In this document: piece by piece, positions 30,415 through 41,497 of the stretch
How positions within the stretch are numbered: the first letter of the stretch is position 1
How the letters are laid out: the number at the start of each line of letters is the position of its first letter
Assembly: GCA_965541585.1 (NCBI GenBank)
Contig: CBEUCH010000005.1
Span: 150,245 to 214,244 of the forward strand
DNA length: 64,000 nt
DNA from: an uncultured bacterium
GTDB lineage: Bacteria > Zixibacteria > MSB-5A5 > UBA10806
Direction: 5' to 3'
The notes under the pieces: model-generated
What the model was told of the DNA's origin: nothing
The model's input: the letters and a program-made list of their open reading frames with translations, nothing else
Databases searched by the model: none
Translations under genes and position numbers: made by a program

Positions 30415-30797
30415 CCCAGCCTGAATCCCTCCGGCAGGAGATCCGATAACAAGAACTTATCCTTGTCGCCACTGGTATTAACGCAGAGGATTTCCAAGTC
30501 GGGATTGAATTGGAAAAGCACCTGACGGCAGGCGCCGCAGGGTCTTGCCGGCGGGCTGGATTGGGAAAAGACGACTATGGCTTCAAACTCGGTTTCGCCC
30601 TCGGAAACCGCATTGAAAACAGCAGCTCTCTCAGCGCAGATGGTCAGGCTGAACGATGAATTCTCGACATTACAGCCCGTTATTATGCTGCCGTTTTTTG
30701 TCAATAGAGCGGCTCCTACCTCGAAGCCGGAATATTTGGCATAAGCGTTTCGCCTGACTTTTTCAGCCGCGGCTATCAGCCGTTCCCAATCGATCAT
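30411..30797 (-). CDS. cdd: Cytidine deaminase
   Basis: YS.F.VGAA, GCNVEN, CAER, PCGACRQ. Confidence 0.96.
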   Translation of the reverse strand: MIDWERLIAAAEKVRRNAYAKYSGFEVGAALLTKNGSIITGCNVENSSFSLTICAERAAVFNAVSEGETEFEAIVVFSQSSPPARPCGACRQVLFQFNPDLEILCVNTSGDKDKFLLSDLLPEGFRLG

Positions 30798-30925
30798 CTC
30801 AAAATCTCAGGTAATGCTCTGATCGATTGTTGGAATCGTCAGATTGCGGGTTCTCACAAGCGTAGCTTTTAGCACACCTATAAGAGAGTGTAAAGGGAAA
30901 TAAGCCTGCGGCGGTCATCATCCGC

Positions 30926-30951
30926 AAAAGAAAAACCGGCCTCTCGGCCGG
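30926..30951 (-). terminator. Intrinsic terminator closing the ribosomal cluster
   Basis: CCGGCC-GAGA-GGCCGG followed by TTTTTCTTTT after rplQ. Confidence 0.85.
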
Positions 30952-30984
30952 ATCGAGGTAGGTAATTATGAATATCGAATCGAA

Positions 30985-31470
30985 TTATCCGGCGGCCTTC
31001 TTCGCTGTGCCCTTTTTCTTTGCCGAGGCCTTTGTCTTCTCCTTCGCCTCCTCTGCATCTTTCCCGGGCGATGCTGTTTTCTTGCCCTTTTTCTTCGCGT
31101 CTTCGACGAATTTCTTTTCGACATTTAATTCGACAACAGATAGAGAAGCGCCATCGCCCAGCCGCCGGCCATAGAACGCTCGTCTTGTATAGCCGCCCTG
31201 CGCATTTTTAAATTCCGGGGCGATATCTTCAAAAAGCTTTTTCACGGTATCGCGCCGGCGCAGAACACGAAAAGCCTGCCGGCGCGAATGCACGTCGCCC
31301 TTCTTGGAAAGCGTAATGAGCCGTTCGACTTTGCTCTGCAGCACCTTGGCACGCGCCGTAGTCGTCTTAATCTTTCCAATCTCGATTAGCGAATTGGCCA
31401 TATTTGAAAGCATGGCCCTCCGGTGAGGCTTCTTAACGCCCAGCTTCTTTACGTGTTTCCCATGTCGCAT
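30985..31470 (-). CDS. rplQ: 50S ribosomal protein L17
   Basis: MRHG..KKLG...HRRAML, IKTT..RAK, GGYTR; Lys/Ala-rich tail. Confidence 0.97.
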   Translation of the reverse strand: MRHGKHVKKLGVKKPHRRAMLSNMANSLIEIGKIKTTTARAKVLQSKVERLITLSKKGDVHSRRQAFRVLRRRDTVKKLFEDIAPEFKNAQGGYTRRAFYGRRLGDGASLSVVELNVEKKFVEDAKKKGKKTASPGKDAEEAKEKTKASAKKKGTAKKAAG

Positions 31471-31473
31471 CCG

Positions 31474-32463
31474 CTAAACCTTGACCTCTTCGGTTTCTTT
31501 GAACTTATCAACGTCCATTCCGAAAGACAATCCCAACTCGGAAAGTATGGCATTCAACTCATTGAGCGATTTCCGCCCGAAATTGCGATATTTCAACATC
31601 TCCGACTCGTTCTTGCGACCCAGATCTTCCAGTGTGACTATATTGGCGGCATGAAGGCAATTCGAGGATCGGACGGATAGCTCTAACTCGTCCACCCGCA
31701 TTTTCAACAGGTTACGGATCCTAAGAACCTCCTCGTCCACTTCCTCTTCTTCCATGATCTCTATTTCCTGATCGATGCCGGCAAATATATTCAGATGATC
31801 ACGAATAAGTTTGGCGGAAAAGGTCAAAGCCTCTTCCGGTTCGATAGTACCATCGGTGGATACCTCGATAATCAACTTATCGTAATCCGTCTTCTGTCCT
31901 ACCCTGGTATCCTCGACGGTATAATTGACTTTTATTACCGGTGAGAACCTGGTATCCAGGAAAATAGTACCGGCGGGTTTGCCCGGTTTCTTATTTTGAT
32001 CCGCGCCAACATACCCTCGACCGGAGTCAACTTCTATCTCCATTCTAAACTTGGTATCCTCGCTCAGGGTCAAGAGGTGTAGATCGGGGTTGACGATCTC
32101 AAGATCGGCGTCGATTTCGATATCCTCCGCCTTGTATTCCCCTTTCTTGGCGGTCGTAAGGGTAATCGTCTTGGGTTCATCACCGAGCAATTTGAACTTT
32201 ATTTTTTTAACATTCAAGACGATCTCGGTGACATCCTCCAATATGCCCGGTATGGTCGAGAACTCATGTAACATACCGTCAATCCTGACGGCAACCGCCG
32301 AGGCACCCTGAATCGATGAAAGCAGGACCCGGCGCAACGTGTTCCCGAGCGTGAGCCCGAATCCTCTTTCCAGTGGTTCGATAAAGAATTTACCATAATA
32401 TTCGGTGCTCGACTTTTCATCGAGAATCAGATCTTTCGGCATTTGCATGCTTTTCCACTTCAT
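31474..32463 (-). CDS. rpoA: RNA polymerase alpha subunit
   Basis: EPLERGFG.TLGN.LRRVLLSS, LELSVRS.NCL, NFGRKSL. Confidence 0.98.
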   Translation of the reverse strand: MKWKSMQMPKDLILDEKSSTEYYGKFFIEPLERGFGLTLGNTLRRVLLSSIQGASAVAVRIDGMLHEFSTIPGILEDVTEIVLNVKKIKFKLLGDEPKTITLTTAKKGEYKAEDIEIDADLEIVNPDLHLLTLSEDTKFRMEIEVDSGRGYVGADQNKKPGKPAGTIFLDTRFSPVIKVNYTVEDTRVGQKTDYDKLIIEVSTDGTIEPEEALTFSAKLIRDHLNIFAGIDQEIEIMEEEEVDEEVLRIRNLLKMRVDELELSVRSSNCLHAANIVTLEDLGRKNESEMLKYRNFGRKSLNELNAILSELGLSFGMDVDKFKETEEVKV

Positions 32464-32481
32464 CTATTCAGCCTCCAGAAA

Positions 32482-33111
32482 TTACTTGGAGTATAACTCA
32501 ACAACCATCTGTTCCTGAACCACGGTCGGTATATCAAGCCGTTTGGGGCGCTCCAGAAGCTCGCCTTCCATTTTGGCTTTATCCAGTCGAAGCCAGGGAA
32601 AATCAAAACCTTTTCCGGCATCTTTCAGCGACGAATGGATGATATCCAGGGTGCGGCTTTTTTCACGGACCCTGACGACATCGCCGGGTCTCAATTGGAA
32701 AGATGGTATATCCACGGTTCTATTGTTAACGGTAAAATGCCTGTGCAGTATCAGTTGACGGGCCGATTTTCTTGAAGGAGCAAGACTGAGACGGTAGAGG
32801 GTATTGTCCAGCCGGCACTCCAGCAAGACCAGAAGGTTTTCACCTGTAATACCCTTTTGACTAGCGGCCTTGACAAAATAGTTGTGAAACTGACGCTCCA
32901 GAAGACCATAGATCCGACGCATTTTTTGCTTCTCCCGAAGCTGAAACCCATACTCAGAACCTTTTCGTCTTCCGGTCTGGCCATGTTGACCTGGCGCATA
33001 ACCCCTTCGTTCAAAAGCGCATTTATCAGAAGTACAACGGCTGCCTTTGAGGAATAACTTCATTCCCTCACGCCGGCAGAGTTTGCAATTTGAATCCGTA
33101 TATCTTGCCAT
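32482..33111 (-). CDS. rpsD: 30S ribosomal protein S4
   Basis: [26 protein letters not shown]. Confidence 0.98.
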   Translation of the reverse strand: MARYTDSNCKLCRREGMKLFLKGSRCTSDKCAFERRGYAPGQHGQTGRRKGSEYGFQLREKQKMRRIYGLLERQFHNYFVKAASQKGITGENLLVLLECRLDNTLYRLSLAPSRKSARQLILHRHFTVNNRTVDIPSFQLRPGDVVRVREKSRTLDIIHSSLKDAGKGFDFPWLRLDKAKMEGELLERPKRLDIPTVVQEQMVVELYSK

Positions 33112-33120
33112 AGTGCCTTC

Positions 33121-33516
33121 CTAGACCCTGCGCTTTTTCGGCGGACGACACCCGTTGTGAGGTATGGGAGTAACATCCTTGATGGCGGTGATCACGAGAC
33201 CGGCCGCCTGGAGCGAGCGGATGGCAGCTTCACGGCCGGAGCCGGGACCCTTAACCCACACCTCTATCTTTTTCAATCCCTGCTCGATGGCTTCCTTCGC
33301 CGATGCCTGGGCTGCCAGCTGTGCCGCAAACGGCGTCGATTTTTTCGATCCCTTGAATCCGCCCTTGCCTGCCGACGACCACGAAATCACGTTTCCTTTC
33401 AGATCGGTAATGGAGACTATCGTGTTGTTGAACGTAGCTTTTATGTGTGCTACGCCCACCGATTCGACTTTTCGCCCTTTTTTCTTGGTTTTTCTCTTCT
33501 TGTCTGGTTCAGCCAA
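33121..33516 (-). CDS. rpsK: 30S ribosomal protein S11
   Basis: [34 protein letters not shown] start. Confidence 0.98.
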   Translation of the reverse strand: MAEPDKKRKTKKKGRKVESVGVAHIKATFNNTIVSITDLKGNVISWSSAGKGGFKGSKKSTPFAAQLAAQASAKEAIEQGLKKIEVWVKGPGSGREAAIRSLQAAGLVITAIKDVTPIPHNGCRPPKKRRV

Positions 33517-33528
33517 TCGCTCCGTCCT

Positions 33529-33900
33529 TTATTTTTTCGTCTTTCTACCTATGGTTTTTCTCGGACCTTTCCTGGTTCTGGCATTCGTCTTGGTGCGCTG
33601 CCCGCGTACCGGCAGCCCCCTTCTATGTCTTAAGCCCCTGTATGAGCCTATATCGATCAACCGCTTTATATTCATGTTGATCTCAGCCCTGAGGGCGCCT
33701 TCCACCTTGAACTCCTGCTCGATCACGGAGCGGATCTTGGCAATATCCCCATCGGTGAGATCCTTCACCCGTGCGTCCGGATCGACACGCGATATCTTCA
33801 GTATCTTCTTCGATGACGTCTGGCCTATGCCAAAAATATAAGTCAGGGCCGCTTCGACCCTTTTATCGCGAGGTAGGTCAACGCCTGCGATACGTGCCAA
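33529..33900 (-). CDS. rpsM: 30S ribosomal protein S13
   Basis: [32 protein letters not shown] start. Confidence 0.98.
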   Translation of the reverse strand: MARIAGVDLPRDKRVEAALTYIFGIGQTSSKKILKISRVDPDARVKDLTDGDIAKIRSVIEQEFKVEGALRAEINMNIKRLIDIGSYRGLRHRRGLPVRGQRTKTNARTRKGPRKTIGRKTKK

Positions 33901-33914
33901 ATAAAACCTCCTTA

Positions 33915-34028
33915 TTATCCCTGGCGCTGTTTATGCTTGGGATTTTCGCAGATGACTCTGACCACTCCCTTGCGCCTTACTATCTTGCATTTCTCGCATC
34001 GAATCTTAACACTGGAACGCACTTTCAT
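33915..34028 (-). CDS. rpmJ: 50S ribosomal protein L36
   Basis: Hand translation [37 protein letters not shown]; below ORF-track cutoff. Confidence 0.97.
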   Translation of the reverse strand: MKVRSSVKIRCEKCKIVRRKGVVRVICENPKHKQRQG

Positions 34029-34041
34029 TTCCTACTCCACC

Positions 34042-34260
34042 TCACTTGTGCCTGTAAGTTATGCGGCCCCGGTTCAAATCATAAGGCGATAATTCCAATG
34101 TCACCTTATCACCCGGCAGGATCTTGATGAAATGCATCCTCATCTTACCGGATATATGGGCCAGCACCTGATGGCCGTTATCGAGCTCAACCTTGAACAT
34201 AGCGTTTGGCAGAGGCTCAATAACCTTGCCCTCAACCTCTATTACATCTTCTTTAGCCAT
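34042..34260 (-). CDS. infA: Translation initiation factor IF-1
   Basis: [11 protein letters not shown]...LPNAMF...SPYDL.RGRI. Confidence 0.98.
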   Translation of the reverse strand: MAKEDVIEVEGKVIEPLPNAMFKVELDNGHQVLAHISGKMRMHFIKILPGDKVTLELSPYDLNRGRITYRHK

Positions 34261-34261
34261 A

Positions 34262-35008
34262 CTACCCTAACGTTAATATCTCCGGGCCCTTGGACGTTAC
34301 CGCTACCGTATGCTCAAAATGAGCCGAAAGCGAACCGTCATCGGTAACGACAGTCCATCCATCGGATAAAACCCGAACCTTGTATCCCCCGGCGTTAATC
34401 ATCGGCTCGATTGCAACCACCAATCCTTCTTTCAGTTCGATGCCTGTTCCGGGCTCGCCGAAATTGGGCACCTGGGGCTCTTCGTGCATCTTTTTACCGA
34501 TGCCGTGCCCCACAAGATCCCTGACCACGGAGAATCCCTCCGCCTCCACGTAACTCTGGATGGCGAACGAAATATCCCCCAGACGATTACCGACAACACA
34601 GGCATTTATGCCGCGATCGAGAGCTTCGCGCGTAACCGACAACAGTTTTCTCGCCTTGCCATTCACATTTCCAACCGCGAAACTCCTTGCGGAATCGCCA
34701 AAATAGCCGTCGATTACCGCTCCAGCATCAACGCTTACAATCTCCCCCTCGACCAATGTTCTGTCTCCGGGAATCCCATGGACAACCTCATCATCGACGG
34801 AGACGCAGATACTGGCCGGGAAACCCTGGTATCCAAGAAAGGCCGGACGAGCCTTTTTCTTTTTGAAATGCTCGGACGCCAGACTTTCGAGCTTCCTGGT
34901 TGTTGCGCCGGGTCTTACGTTTTCAGAGATCAAATCGAGAACTTCGGCAACTACCTGCCCCGCCTTTCTTATCTTCTTTATTTCACGGGGCGATTTGTAT
35001 TCAATCAT
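34262..35008 (-). CDS. map: Methionine aminopeptidase type I
   Basis: VVHGIP, GHGIG..MHEEP, AIEPM, SAHFEHT. Confidence 0.97.
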   Translation of the reverse strand: MIEYKSPREIKKIRKAGQVVAEVLDLISENVRPGATTRKLESLASEHFKKKKARPAFLGYQGFPASICVSVDDEVVHGIPGDRTLVEGEIVSVDAGAVIDGYFGDSARSFAVGNVNGKARKLLSVTREALDRGINACVVGNRLGDISFAIQSYVEAEGFSVVRDLVGHGIGKKMHEEPQVPNFGEPGTGIELKEGLVVAIEPMINAGGYKVRVLSDGWTVVTDDGSLSAHFEHTVAVTSKGPEILTLG

Positions 35009-35649
35009 TCCCCAGCACCGACCATTTCGGTGATGGAACCGAACACCTCGTCGAAACCTTTACCGCCGTCTACCTCGATCAAGATTCCCTTCTTGCGGTA
35101 GTAATTCTTAATCGGTTCTGTCTTCTCGCGGTAAACCGAGAGGCGGTTATTAATGACTTCGACGGTATCGTCGGTTCGCTGAAAAAGTTCACCGCCGCAT
35201 CGATCACAGACGCCCTCCGCCTTCGGGGGCCTGGTCTTGAGATTAAACTCGAATCCGCAGTTTCTGCATAGACGGCGTGAAACGAGCCTGTCTATTATCG
35301 CTTCATCAGCAACTTTCAGGCTGATGACATAATCAATATTCAATCCGAGTTCGCTCAAGATTTCGTCCAATCCTTCCGCCTGCGCCAGCGTTCTCGGGAA
35401 ACCGTCGAATATAAGATCCTCACCCTTCCCCGTCAACCCTTCTTTTATGATCCCCAGAATAATCTCATCCGGGACCAGCTCACCGGCATCGACGAATTTC
35501 TTTGCGCTCAATCCCGGCCCGGTTTCATCCTTGACCGCTTTGCGGAGAATATCGCCGGTCGCTATATGCGCCAGGCCGTACTTCTCCACCAGCTTCTTGG
35601 CCTGAGTACCCTTGCCCGATCCTGGAGGACCCAAAAACACCATCCTCAT
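35005..35649 (-). CDS. adk: Adenylate kinase
   Basis: GPPGSGKGTQA, DGFPRT, zinc lid CRNC...CDRC. Confidence 0.97.
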   Translation of the reverse strand: MRMVFLGPPGSGKGTQAKKLVEKYGLAHIATGDILRKAVKDETGPGLSAKKFVDAGELVPDEIILGIIKEGLTGKGEDLIFDGFPRTLAQAEGLDEILSELGLNIDYVISLKVADEAIIDRLVSRRLCRNCGFEFNLKTRPPKAEGVCDRCGGELFQRTDDTVEVINNRLSVYREKTEPIKNYYRKKGILIEVDGGKGFDEVFGSITEMVGAGE

Positions 35650-36974
35650 TAACTATAACGCCCTTTCATCCTGCCCTTTTTGATGAAACCGTCATAATGC
35701 CTCATCAGCAAATGCGATTCGATCTGCTGAAGTGTATCAAGAGCCACGCCGACAACGATGAGAAGACCTGTGCCTCCGAAATAGAACTGAACTTCGGCTA
35801 GATTGGACATTATATTGGGCATAATTGCAATTATGGCGAAAAATGTGGCGCCGGGTAAAGTAATTCTGGTAAGAATCCTGTCAATATATTCGGCGGTCCT
35901 TTGTCCGGGGCGAATTCCGGGGATAAATCCCCCCTGTTTTTTCATATTATCAGCCAGATCGACCGGATTGAACACGATGGCCGTATAGAAATAGGCGAAG
36001 AAAACTATCAAAAGACCAAAAATAATCATGTATATAGCAGCTCCGGGGTCAAACCAGGTGGAAACCATTACCATAAAATCGCTATCCGGGAAAAACGACG
36101 TTACGGTCTGCGGTGCGAACATGATGGATTGGGCGAATATAATCGGAATAACCCCCGCCGTGTTGACGGAGAGCGGAATGTGTGTGCTGGTGCCGCCATA
36201 TACTTTTCTTCCGACGACTCTTTTGGCGTATTGCACGGGGATCTTCCTCTGAGACCTGGTGACGAGTATTATGGCCGCTACGATGGCTACCATAAATGAA
36301 ATGATTATCAGTTCCTTTATAACGTTGCCTCGCGGAGCTCCGGTCAATCCGAAAAAGCCCGGGAAAAACTTCTGTAGTTCATCCATAATGCCCAGCGGTA
36401 ACCTGGCTATAATGCCGATGAATATTATCAAGGATATACCGTTGCCTATACCCCTCTCGGTGATCCTCTCCCCCAACCACATAATGAATATGGTTCCTGA
36501 GGTGAAGGTCAGGATGGTAATTGCAATAAAATTAGAGCGCGAAAACCCCTGCAAGAGCAAGGAAGGATTGGTTTGGCTGGCAAGGAAAATGGCCATTCCC
36601 ATGGCCTGCATTGATGCAATCAGGACCGTACCATAACGTGTATATTGAGTGATTTTTCGACGTCCCTCTTCTCCTTCCTTCTGCAGCCTCTGGAAAAATG
36701 GGATCACAGCTCCTAAGAGCTGAATGATAATCGAAGCCGAGATATACGGCATGATGCCCAGGGCAAATATGGTGACTTTTGTGAAAGCCCCGCCGACGAA
36801 CAGATCATAGAGGTTGAAAAGACCGCCGGGATTGAATTGTTCGATAGCATTAAGATCAACGCCCGGAGTGGGAATATGCCCTCCGATGCGATAGACAATC
36901 AGAAGCCCCAGAGTAAACATAATTCTCTGCCGTAGCTCGTGAATCTTGAAAATGTTTCTTAGACTTCCAAACAC
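35649..36974 (-). CDS. secY: Preprotein translocase SecY
   Basis: FALGIMPYISASII, GIGNGISL, IPGIRPG, GGTGLLIVV. Confidence 0.98.
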   Translation of the reverse strand: MFGSLRNIFKIHELRQRIMFTLGLLIVYRIGGHIPTPGVDLNAIEQFNPGGLFNLYDLFVGGAFTKVTIFALGIMPYISASIIIQLLGAVIPFFQRLQKEGEEGRRKITQYTRYGTVLIASMQAMGMAIFLASQTNPSLLLQGFSRSNFIAITILTFTSGTIFIMWLGERITERGIGNGISLIIFIGIIARLPLGIMDELQKFFPGFFGLTGAPRGNVIKELIIISFMVAIVAAIILVTRSQRKIPVQYAKRVVGRKVYGGTSTHIPLSVNTAGVIPIIFAQSIMFAPQTVTSFFPDSDFMVMVSTWFDPGAAIYMIIFGLLIVFFAYFYTAIVFNPVDLADNMKKQGGFIPGIRPGQRTAEYIDRILTRITLPGATFFAIIAIMPNIMSNLAEVQFYFGGTGLLIVVGVALDTLQQIESHLLMRHYDGFIKKGRMKGRYS

Positions 36975-37534
36975 TATTTTTCACCGCCGGTTTTTCCTTT
37001 ATCACCAGAATTACCCCCGGTAGGATTCTTCGTCTCCCCGGAACTGATCGACCGCGCAGGCGGCTTCTTACCCGATTTATCATCCGATGCCGCCCGGCCA
37101 ATAATCTCAATTCGCCCTCCGGCTTTCTCAATCTTTTCAATTGCCGTTCTGGAAAAGGCGTGGGCCTTAATGTTTATGGCCTTTTCAATTTCTCCGACAC
37201 CGAGGATTTTAATAGGCTTACCTCTTTTCCGCACCAGACCCCTCTGGTGAAGCAGCTCCGGCGTAATATCGGAAGAATTCAGAGAAGCCACTCTGAATAA
37301 ATTCACTTCATGATAATCGACCCGGAATATATTGGTGAATCCTCTCTTAGGCAAGCGCCTTTGAAGTGGCATCTGTCCACCCTCACTCCAGGCTCTGCTT
37401 TTGTAGCCGCTTCTGGATTTCTGTCCTTTGTGGCCCTTTCCCGAGGTCTTTCCTGTGCCAGAACCCGGACCTCTGCCGAGCCTCTTCCTGTTCTTTACAG
37501 ATCCCGGCGCCGGTTTTAAGTTTGCAAGATCCAT
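36974..37534 (-). CDS. rplO: 50S ribosomal protein L15 (with C-terminal extension)
   Basis: GRGPGSG.GKT.G.GHKGQ.SR, EGGQMPL.RRLPKRGF. Confidence 0.97.
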   Translation of the reverse strand: MDLANLKPAPGSVKNRKRLGRGPGSGTGKTSGKGHKGQKSRSGYKSRAWSEGGQMPLQRRLPKRGFTNIFRVDYHEVNLFRVASLNSSDITPELLHQRGLVRKRGKPIKILGVGEIEKAINIKAHAFSRTAIEKIEKAGGRIEIIGRAASDDKSGKKPPARSISSGETKNPTGGNSGDKGKTGGEK

Positions 37535-37535
37535 C

Positions 37536-37724
37536 TCATCCCTGTTGTTTGTTTATCTTCACCAGGTGTGCGACTTTCCGGATCATTCCGCGAATCGTTG
37601 CGCTATCATCATGAATAACCGTTTGCTCCCGTCGTCTTAGTCCCAGCGCTTTCATGTTCTTTCTCTGGTTTCCATTGGCCCCGGCCACAGATCTCACCTG
37701 TTTGATCTCCAGCTTATCCGTCAC
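37536..37724 (-). CDS. rpmD: 50S ribosomal protein L30
   Basis: IKQVRS, LGLRR, IRGMI.KV.HLV; position in spc operon. Confidence 0.95.
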   Translation of the reverse strand: MTDKLEIKQVRSVAGANGNQRKNMKALGLRRREQTVIHDDSATIRGMIRKVAHLVKINKQQG

Positions 37725-38224
37725 GGCTGCTTTTCCTCCTGGTTTCTGTACGCGTCAAGCTCTTCGATTTCTTTCAACCTCAAGAGCCCCTCCATGGTAG
37801 CTCTTACAACATTATGAGCGTTGGGCGAACCGAGGATTTTCGTCAGTATATCCTGTATGCCCGCTGATTCCAGGACCGCGCGAACCGGTCCTCCGGCTAT
37901 GACGCCGGTACCGGGAGAAGCGGGTTTTAGCATGACTTTTGCAGCTCCGTAGCGCCCTACGACTTCACGTGATATGGTGCCCTCGGTAATGGGCACTTTC
38001 ACCATGCCCTTCCGGGCTGCCTCGCTCCCCTTGCGGATGGCCTCGGAAACCTCCGAAGCTTTCCCGAGCCCTATGCCCACCTTACCTTTTTTATCTCCCG
38101 CTGCCACAAGAGCCGTGAAGCTGAAACGCCGGCCACCTTTCACTACCTTGGCAACCCGATTTACATTAATTATTTTTTCCTGAAGGTCTGATTGATCGTC
38201 GGTAAATCTCCGCAAACTCCACAC
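37721..38224 (-). CDS. rpsE: 30S ribosomal protein S5
   Basis: [23 protein letters not shown]. Confidence 0.97.
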   Translation of the reverse strand: MWSLRRFTDDQSDLQEKIINVNRVAKVVKGGRRFSFTALVAAGDKKGKVGIGLGKASEVSEAIRKGSEAARKGMVKVPITEGTISREVVGRYGAAKVMLKPASPGTGVIAGGPVRAVLESAGIQDILTKILGSPNAHNVVRATMEGLLRLKEIEELDAYRNQEEKQP

Positions 38225-38241
38225 TCCATTTATTTAAAGTA

Positions 38242-38607
38242 TCAGAATTCCAATCCTGCTTTACGCGCGGCCTCGGCCAGCGTCTTTATCTTGCCATGAT
38301 AAAGATATCCGGAACGATCAAAAACTATCTTCTTGATTCCCAGCCCCTGTGCCTTTTTTGCAATGGTCTCTCCGACCGCCTTCGCCTTATCCATCTTGGT
38401 GCCTGAAACATCCAGACTTCCCTTCAGGCTAGATACGCCCGTCAGAGTCTTCCTGGCTACATCGTCAACAAGCTGAGCGTAGATATGATTCAGGCTTTTG
38501 AAGACGACCAGCCTCGGGCAATCGGTGGTGCCGTGAATCTTGCCTCTGACTCTCCTGGCACGTCTGGCCCTGGCTTTGTATTTTCTGGTGCTCTTATCGC
38601 TTGCCAT
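38242..38607 (-). CDS. rplR: 50S ribosomal protein L18
   Basis: PRLVVFKS..HIYAQ, FDRSGY.YHG, AR.AGLEF. Confidence 0.97.
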   Translation of the reverse strand: MASDKSTRKYKARARRARRVRGKIHGTTDCPRLVVFKSLNHIYAQLVDDVARKTLTGVSSLKGSLDVSGTKMDKAKAVGETIAKKAQGLGIKKIVFDRSGYLYHGKIKTLAEAARKAGLEF

Positions 38608-38608
38608 C

Positions 38609-39148
38609 TTACGCCCCTGCGGTCTTGCCGGCCTTTCGCCTTATATGCTCGCCAGCGTATCTAATACCTTTTCCTTTATAAGGCTCGGGGGGTCTGAATG
38701 ACCGGATCTTTGCCGCTATCTGTCCCACAAGCTGCTTATCTATTCCGGAGACCGTCATCTTATTGATTCCCTGGATTTTTATCTCAATATCCTCCGGCGG
38801 TATCAAGACAATGGGATGGGAATATCCCAGCGAAAAAGATATCGCCTTCCCGGCCTTTTCCGCCCTATACCCCACGCCCTCGATCTCGAGATCCCGGGAA
38901 AAACCTTCGGTGACGCCGACGACCATATTGGCTATCAAGGCCCTGTAGAGACCATGCATGGCTCTGTGACGATTGGAATCGGACGGTCTGGTTAGTATGG
39001 CCTGGTCATCCTTAATCTCAATGGCAATATCGCCATTTATCTGTTGCGTGGCTTTTCCCCTGGGGCCTTCAACGGTTACGACGTTACCAGCGCACGCTAT
39101 TTTCACCCCTGACGGTATGGGGATTGGCTTTTTACCGACGCGAGACAT
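38609..39148 (-). CDS. rplF: 50S ribosomal protein L6
   Basis: MSRVGKKPI, GVGYRA, PEPYKGKGIRY. Confidence 0.98.
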   Translation of the reverse strand: MSRVGKKPIPIPSGVKIACAGNVVTVEGPRGKATQQINGDIAIEIKDDQAILTRPSDSNRHRAMHGLYRALIANMVVGVTEGFSRDLEIEGVGYRAEKAGKAISFSLGYSHPIVLIPPEDIEIKIQGINKMTVSGIDKQLVGQIAAKIRSFRPPEPYKGKGIRYAGEHIRRKAGKTAGA

Positions 39149-39163
39149 AATCTTCCCTCAATC

Positions 39164-39562
39164 TCACCATATTCTAAATAGAGCTTCTCCGCCGACTCCG
39201 GATTCCAGAGCGCGTTTATCGGTCATGAGCCCTTTCGACGTTGAGAGTATCACGGTTCCCATTTTTCGAGTGCCCTTGGTCAGGTCATTTCTGGTCCAGT
39301 AGATTCTCAAACCCGGCTTCGATATTCTTTCCAGCCCGCTGATGATGCTTTTAGAATCAGGGGTGTATTTCAACCGTATGCGCAAAATCCCCTGTAAGCT
39401 ATCCTCAATGAAGTCCACCGAGCGAAGGAAATTCAGCTCCACCAGGAGATCGGCGATCTGAAGTTTCAATTTTGACGCCGGTATATCCACACGCCGGTGG
39501 TTGGCTTTCAATGTGTTTCTAACCCTGGTTAGAAAATCCGCTATTGGATCGGTCATAACCAT
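39164..39562 (-). CDS. rpsH: 30S ribosomal protein S8
   Basis: DPIADFLTRVRN, ISKPGLRIY, STSKGLM. Confidence 0.97.
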   Translation of the reverse strand: MVMTDPIADFLTRVRNTLKANHRRVDIPASKLKLQIADLLVELNFLRSVDFIEDSLQGILRIRLKYTPDSKSIISGLERISKPGLRIYWTRNDLTKGTRKMGTVILSTSKGLMTDKRALESGVGGEALFRIW

Positions 39563-39569
39563 AATTCAC

Positions 39570-39755
39570 CTACCAACTTGCCTTCACGATGCCGGGAATC
39601 TCACCGGCCAGGGCCAATTCCCTGAAGCAGATCCTGCATAGACCGAATTTTCTCAAATATCCTCTCGGTCGTCCGCAACGTCTGCAACGGCTATGCCGGC
39701 GAACTTCATATTTCGGCGTCCTGGTGGAGGCAACTACTTTGCATTTCTTGGCCAT
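39570..39755 (-). CDS. rpsN: 30S ribosomal protein S14, zinc-binding type Z
   Basis: 61 aa, RCRRCGR...LCRICFR, KASW. Confidence 0.97.
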   Translation of the reverse strand: MAKKCKVVASTRTPKYEVRRHSRCRRCGRPRGYLRKFGLCRICFRELALAGEIPGIVKASW

Positions 39756-39759
39756 ATAA

Positions 39760-40302
39760 TCAATTCCTCTTAAACGGCATTCCGAACGCCTTCAGCAGTT
39801 CGAAAGCTTCTCCATCCGTCCTGGCTGTTGTGGCGATAGTGATATTCATGCCACGGATCTTATCTATTTTATCATAGTCTATCTCGGGAAAAATGATCTG
39901 CTCGGTAATACCCAGGGTGTAATTCCCCCTGCCATCGAACGATTTCGTCGGCATTCCCCTGAAATCCCTGATCCGGGGGATTGCTATATTGATCAGGCGA
40001 TCCAGGAATTCGTACATCCGGTTGCCGCGAAACGTAACCGAACAACCTACCGGCATTCCGGCTCTCAGTTTAAAATTCGAAATGGACTTGCGCGCTCGTC
40101 TGATAACGGGACGTTGACCGGCAATGGCGGTCAGCTCGGCCATCGCATTATCAAGTTTCTTAGGATCGCCGATGGCGTCACCGACGCCCATATTGACCAC
40201 GATCTTATCGATCCCGGGCACCTGATTCACATTCTTATAGCCGACGCTTTTCATGAGATTCGGTCTGATATCCTCGACGTATCGGTTCTTGAGCCTGGCC
40301 AT
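39760..40302 (-). CDS. rplE: 50S ribosomal protein L5
   Basis: [29 protein letters not shown]. Confidence 0.98.
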   Translation of the reverse strand: MARLKNRYVEDIRPNLMKSVGYKNVNQVPGIDKIVVNMGVGDAIGDPKKLDNAMAELTAIAGQRPVIRRARKSISNFKLRAGMPVGCSVTFRGNRMYEFLDRLINIAIPRIRDFRGMPTKSFDGRGNYTLGITEQIIFPEIDYDKIDKIRGMNITIATTARTDGEAFELLKAFGMPFKRN

Positions 40303-40303
40303 C

Positions 40304-40615
40304 TTATTCTATGATCTCCCCGGTTTTCTTGTTGATGCGCACCTTCTTGCCATCGACCAGAATCCTGTGACCCAGCTTGGCAACAGTGTTGGAACGAGTA
40401 TCGAAATACATCACATTGGAGGCATTGATCGAACCCTCTTTTTCTATTATCCCGCCTTTGCGATTCTTGGGGGTGGGGCGCGTGTGCCTTTTTATCAGGT
40501 TCACACCCTCAACTATCACCCGGTCGGCCTCAGGGAATACCTTTAAGACCTTACCGACCTTTCCACGGGCATTTCCTGAAATCACTTTAATGGTGTCGCC
40601 TTTTCGTATCTTCAT
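40304..40615 (-). CDS. rplX: 50S ribosomal protein L24
   Basis: KIRKGD...ISG..RGK.G, VIVEGVN, SNV. Confidence 0.97.
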   Translation of the reverse strand: MKIRKGDTIKVISGNARGKVGKVLKVFPEADRVIVEGVNLIKRHTRPTPKNRKGGIIEKEGSINASNVMYFDTRSNTVAKLGHRILVDGKKVRINKKTGEIIE

Positions 40616-40627
40616 TATTTAGCTCCC

Positions 40628-40996
40628 TCAGAGCACCTCGGGCGCCAACGATATAATCTTCATGAACTGCTTATCCCGAAGTTCCCGGGCCACCGGCCCG
40701 AATATACGCGTGCCCCGGGGCTCCTTTTGTTCGCTTATAATCACCGCTGCATTATCCGAAAAACGGATATAAGAACCGTCCTTACGCCTTGTCTCGCGCG
40801 TGGTGCGCACCACAACGGCTTTGCAGACCTCGCTCTTCTTGACGGTCCCTCCCGGTATAGCGTCTTTGACCGTGCAGACAATTATATCACCGATTCGGGC
40901 ATATCGTTTCCTGGTGCCTCCGAGAACCCGGAAGCACTGAACGACCTTGGCCCCCGAATTATCCGCTACGATCAGCTTCGAATATTCCTGAATCAT
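40628..40996 (-). CDS. rplN: 50S ribosomal protein L14
   Basis: [27 protein letters not shown]. Confidence 0.98.
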   Translation of the reverse strand: MIQEYSKLIVADNSGAKVVQCFRVLGGTRKRYARIGDIIVCTVKDAIPGGTVKKSEVCKAVVVRTTRETRRKDGSYIRFSDNAAVIISEQKEPRGTRIFGPVARELRDKQFMKIISLAPEVL

Positions 40997-41015
40997 ACCT
41001 GAGCCACCGTTGTTA

Positions 41016-41270
41016 TCACTTGGCCTTCTCTGTAATTTTAACGAGACGCCAGCGCTTTGTCTTGGAAAGCGGCCGGCATTCCATTACGAGAACCTTGTCC
41101 CCTCTGCCAGCCTCGTTCTTTTCATCGTGCACATAGAGTCTTTTACTTTTACGTATGGTCTTTCCAAAAACCGAATGCTTCAATAAGCGTTGAATGGTTA
41201 CTACAATACTCTTATCCATCCCGGAGGAGACGACCACACCCGTTCTGGTCTTGCGCGATTCCCTAGGCAT
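41016..41270 (-). CDS. rpsQ: 30S ribosomal protein S17
   Basis: [25 protein letters not shown]. Confidence 0.97.
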   Translation of the reverse strand: MPRESRKTRTGVVVSSGMDKSIVVTIQRLLKHSVFGKTIRKSKRLYVHDEKNEAGRGDKVLVMECRPLSKTKRWRLVKITEKAK

Positions 41271-41493
41271 TTTCCGATTCTCCCTTGGCGGCTAATGGCC
41301 TGATTTTCATTTCATCCTCAAGCAATATGGTAACGATCCTCGCATGTTCCCGCCTTAATGTTCTTATCCTCAGGGGATTATCGATCTGCTTGGTTGCCTG
41401 ACGGATCTTCAAGTTGAATATTTCCTTTTCGAGTTCCTCTTTTTTTAAGAGGATCTCATCTTTTGTCATGTCCCTGAATTCTTGCGGCTTCAT
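41263..41493 (-). CDS. rpmC: 50S ribosomal protein L29
   Basis: E.R......E.FNL..Q......NP...R..RR..ARI; position between rplP and rpsQ. Confidence 0.93.
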   Translation of the reverse strand: MKPQEFRDMTKDEILLKKEELEKEIFNLKIRQATKQIDNPLRIRTLRREHARIVTILLEDEMKIRPLAAKGESENA

Positions 41494-41497
41494 TCTA

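Noticed and set aside
30869..30894. CIRCE-like TTAGCACAC-N8-GAGTGTAAA upstream of cdd
   Set aside because: Spacer is 8 not 9 nt, three mismatches, non-chaperone target; better explained as the cdd promoter (TTTACA-17-TAAAAG on minus strand).
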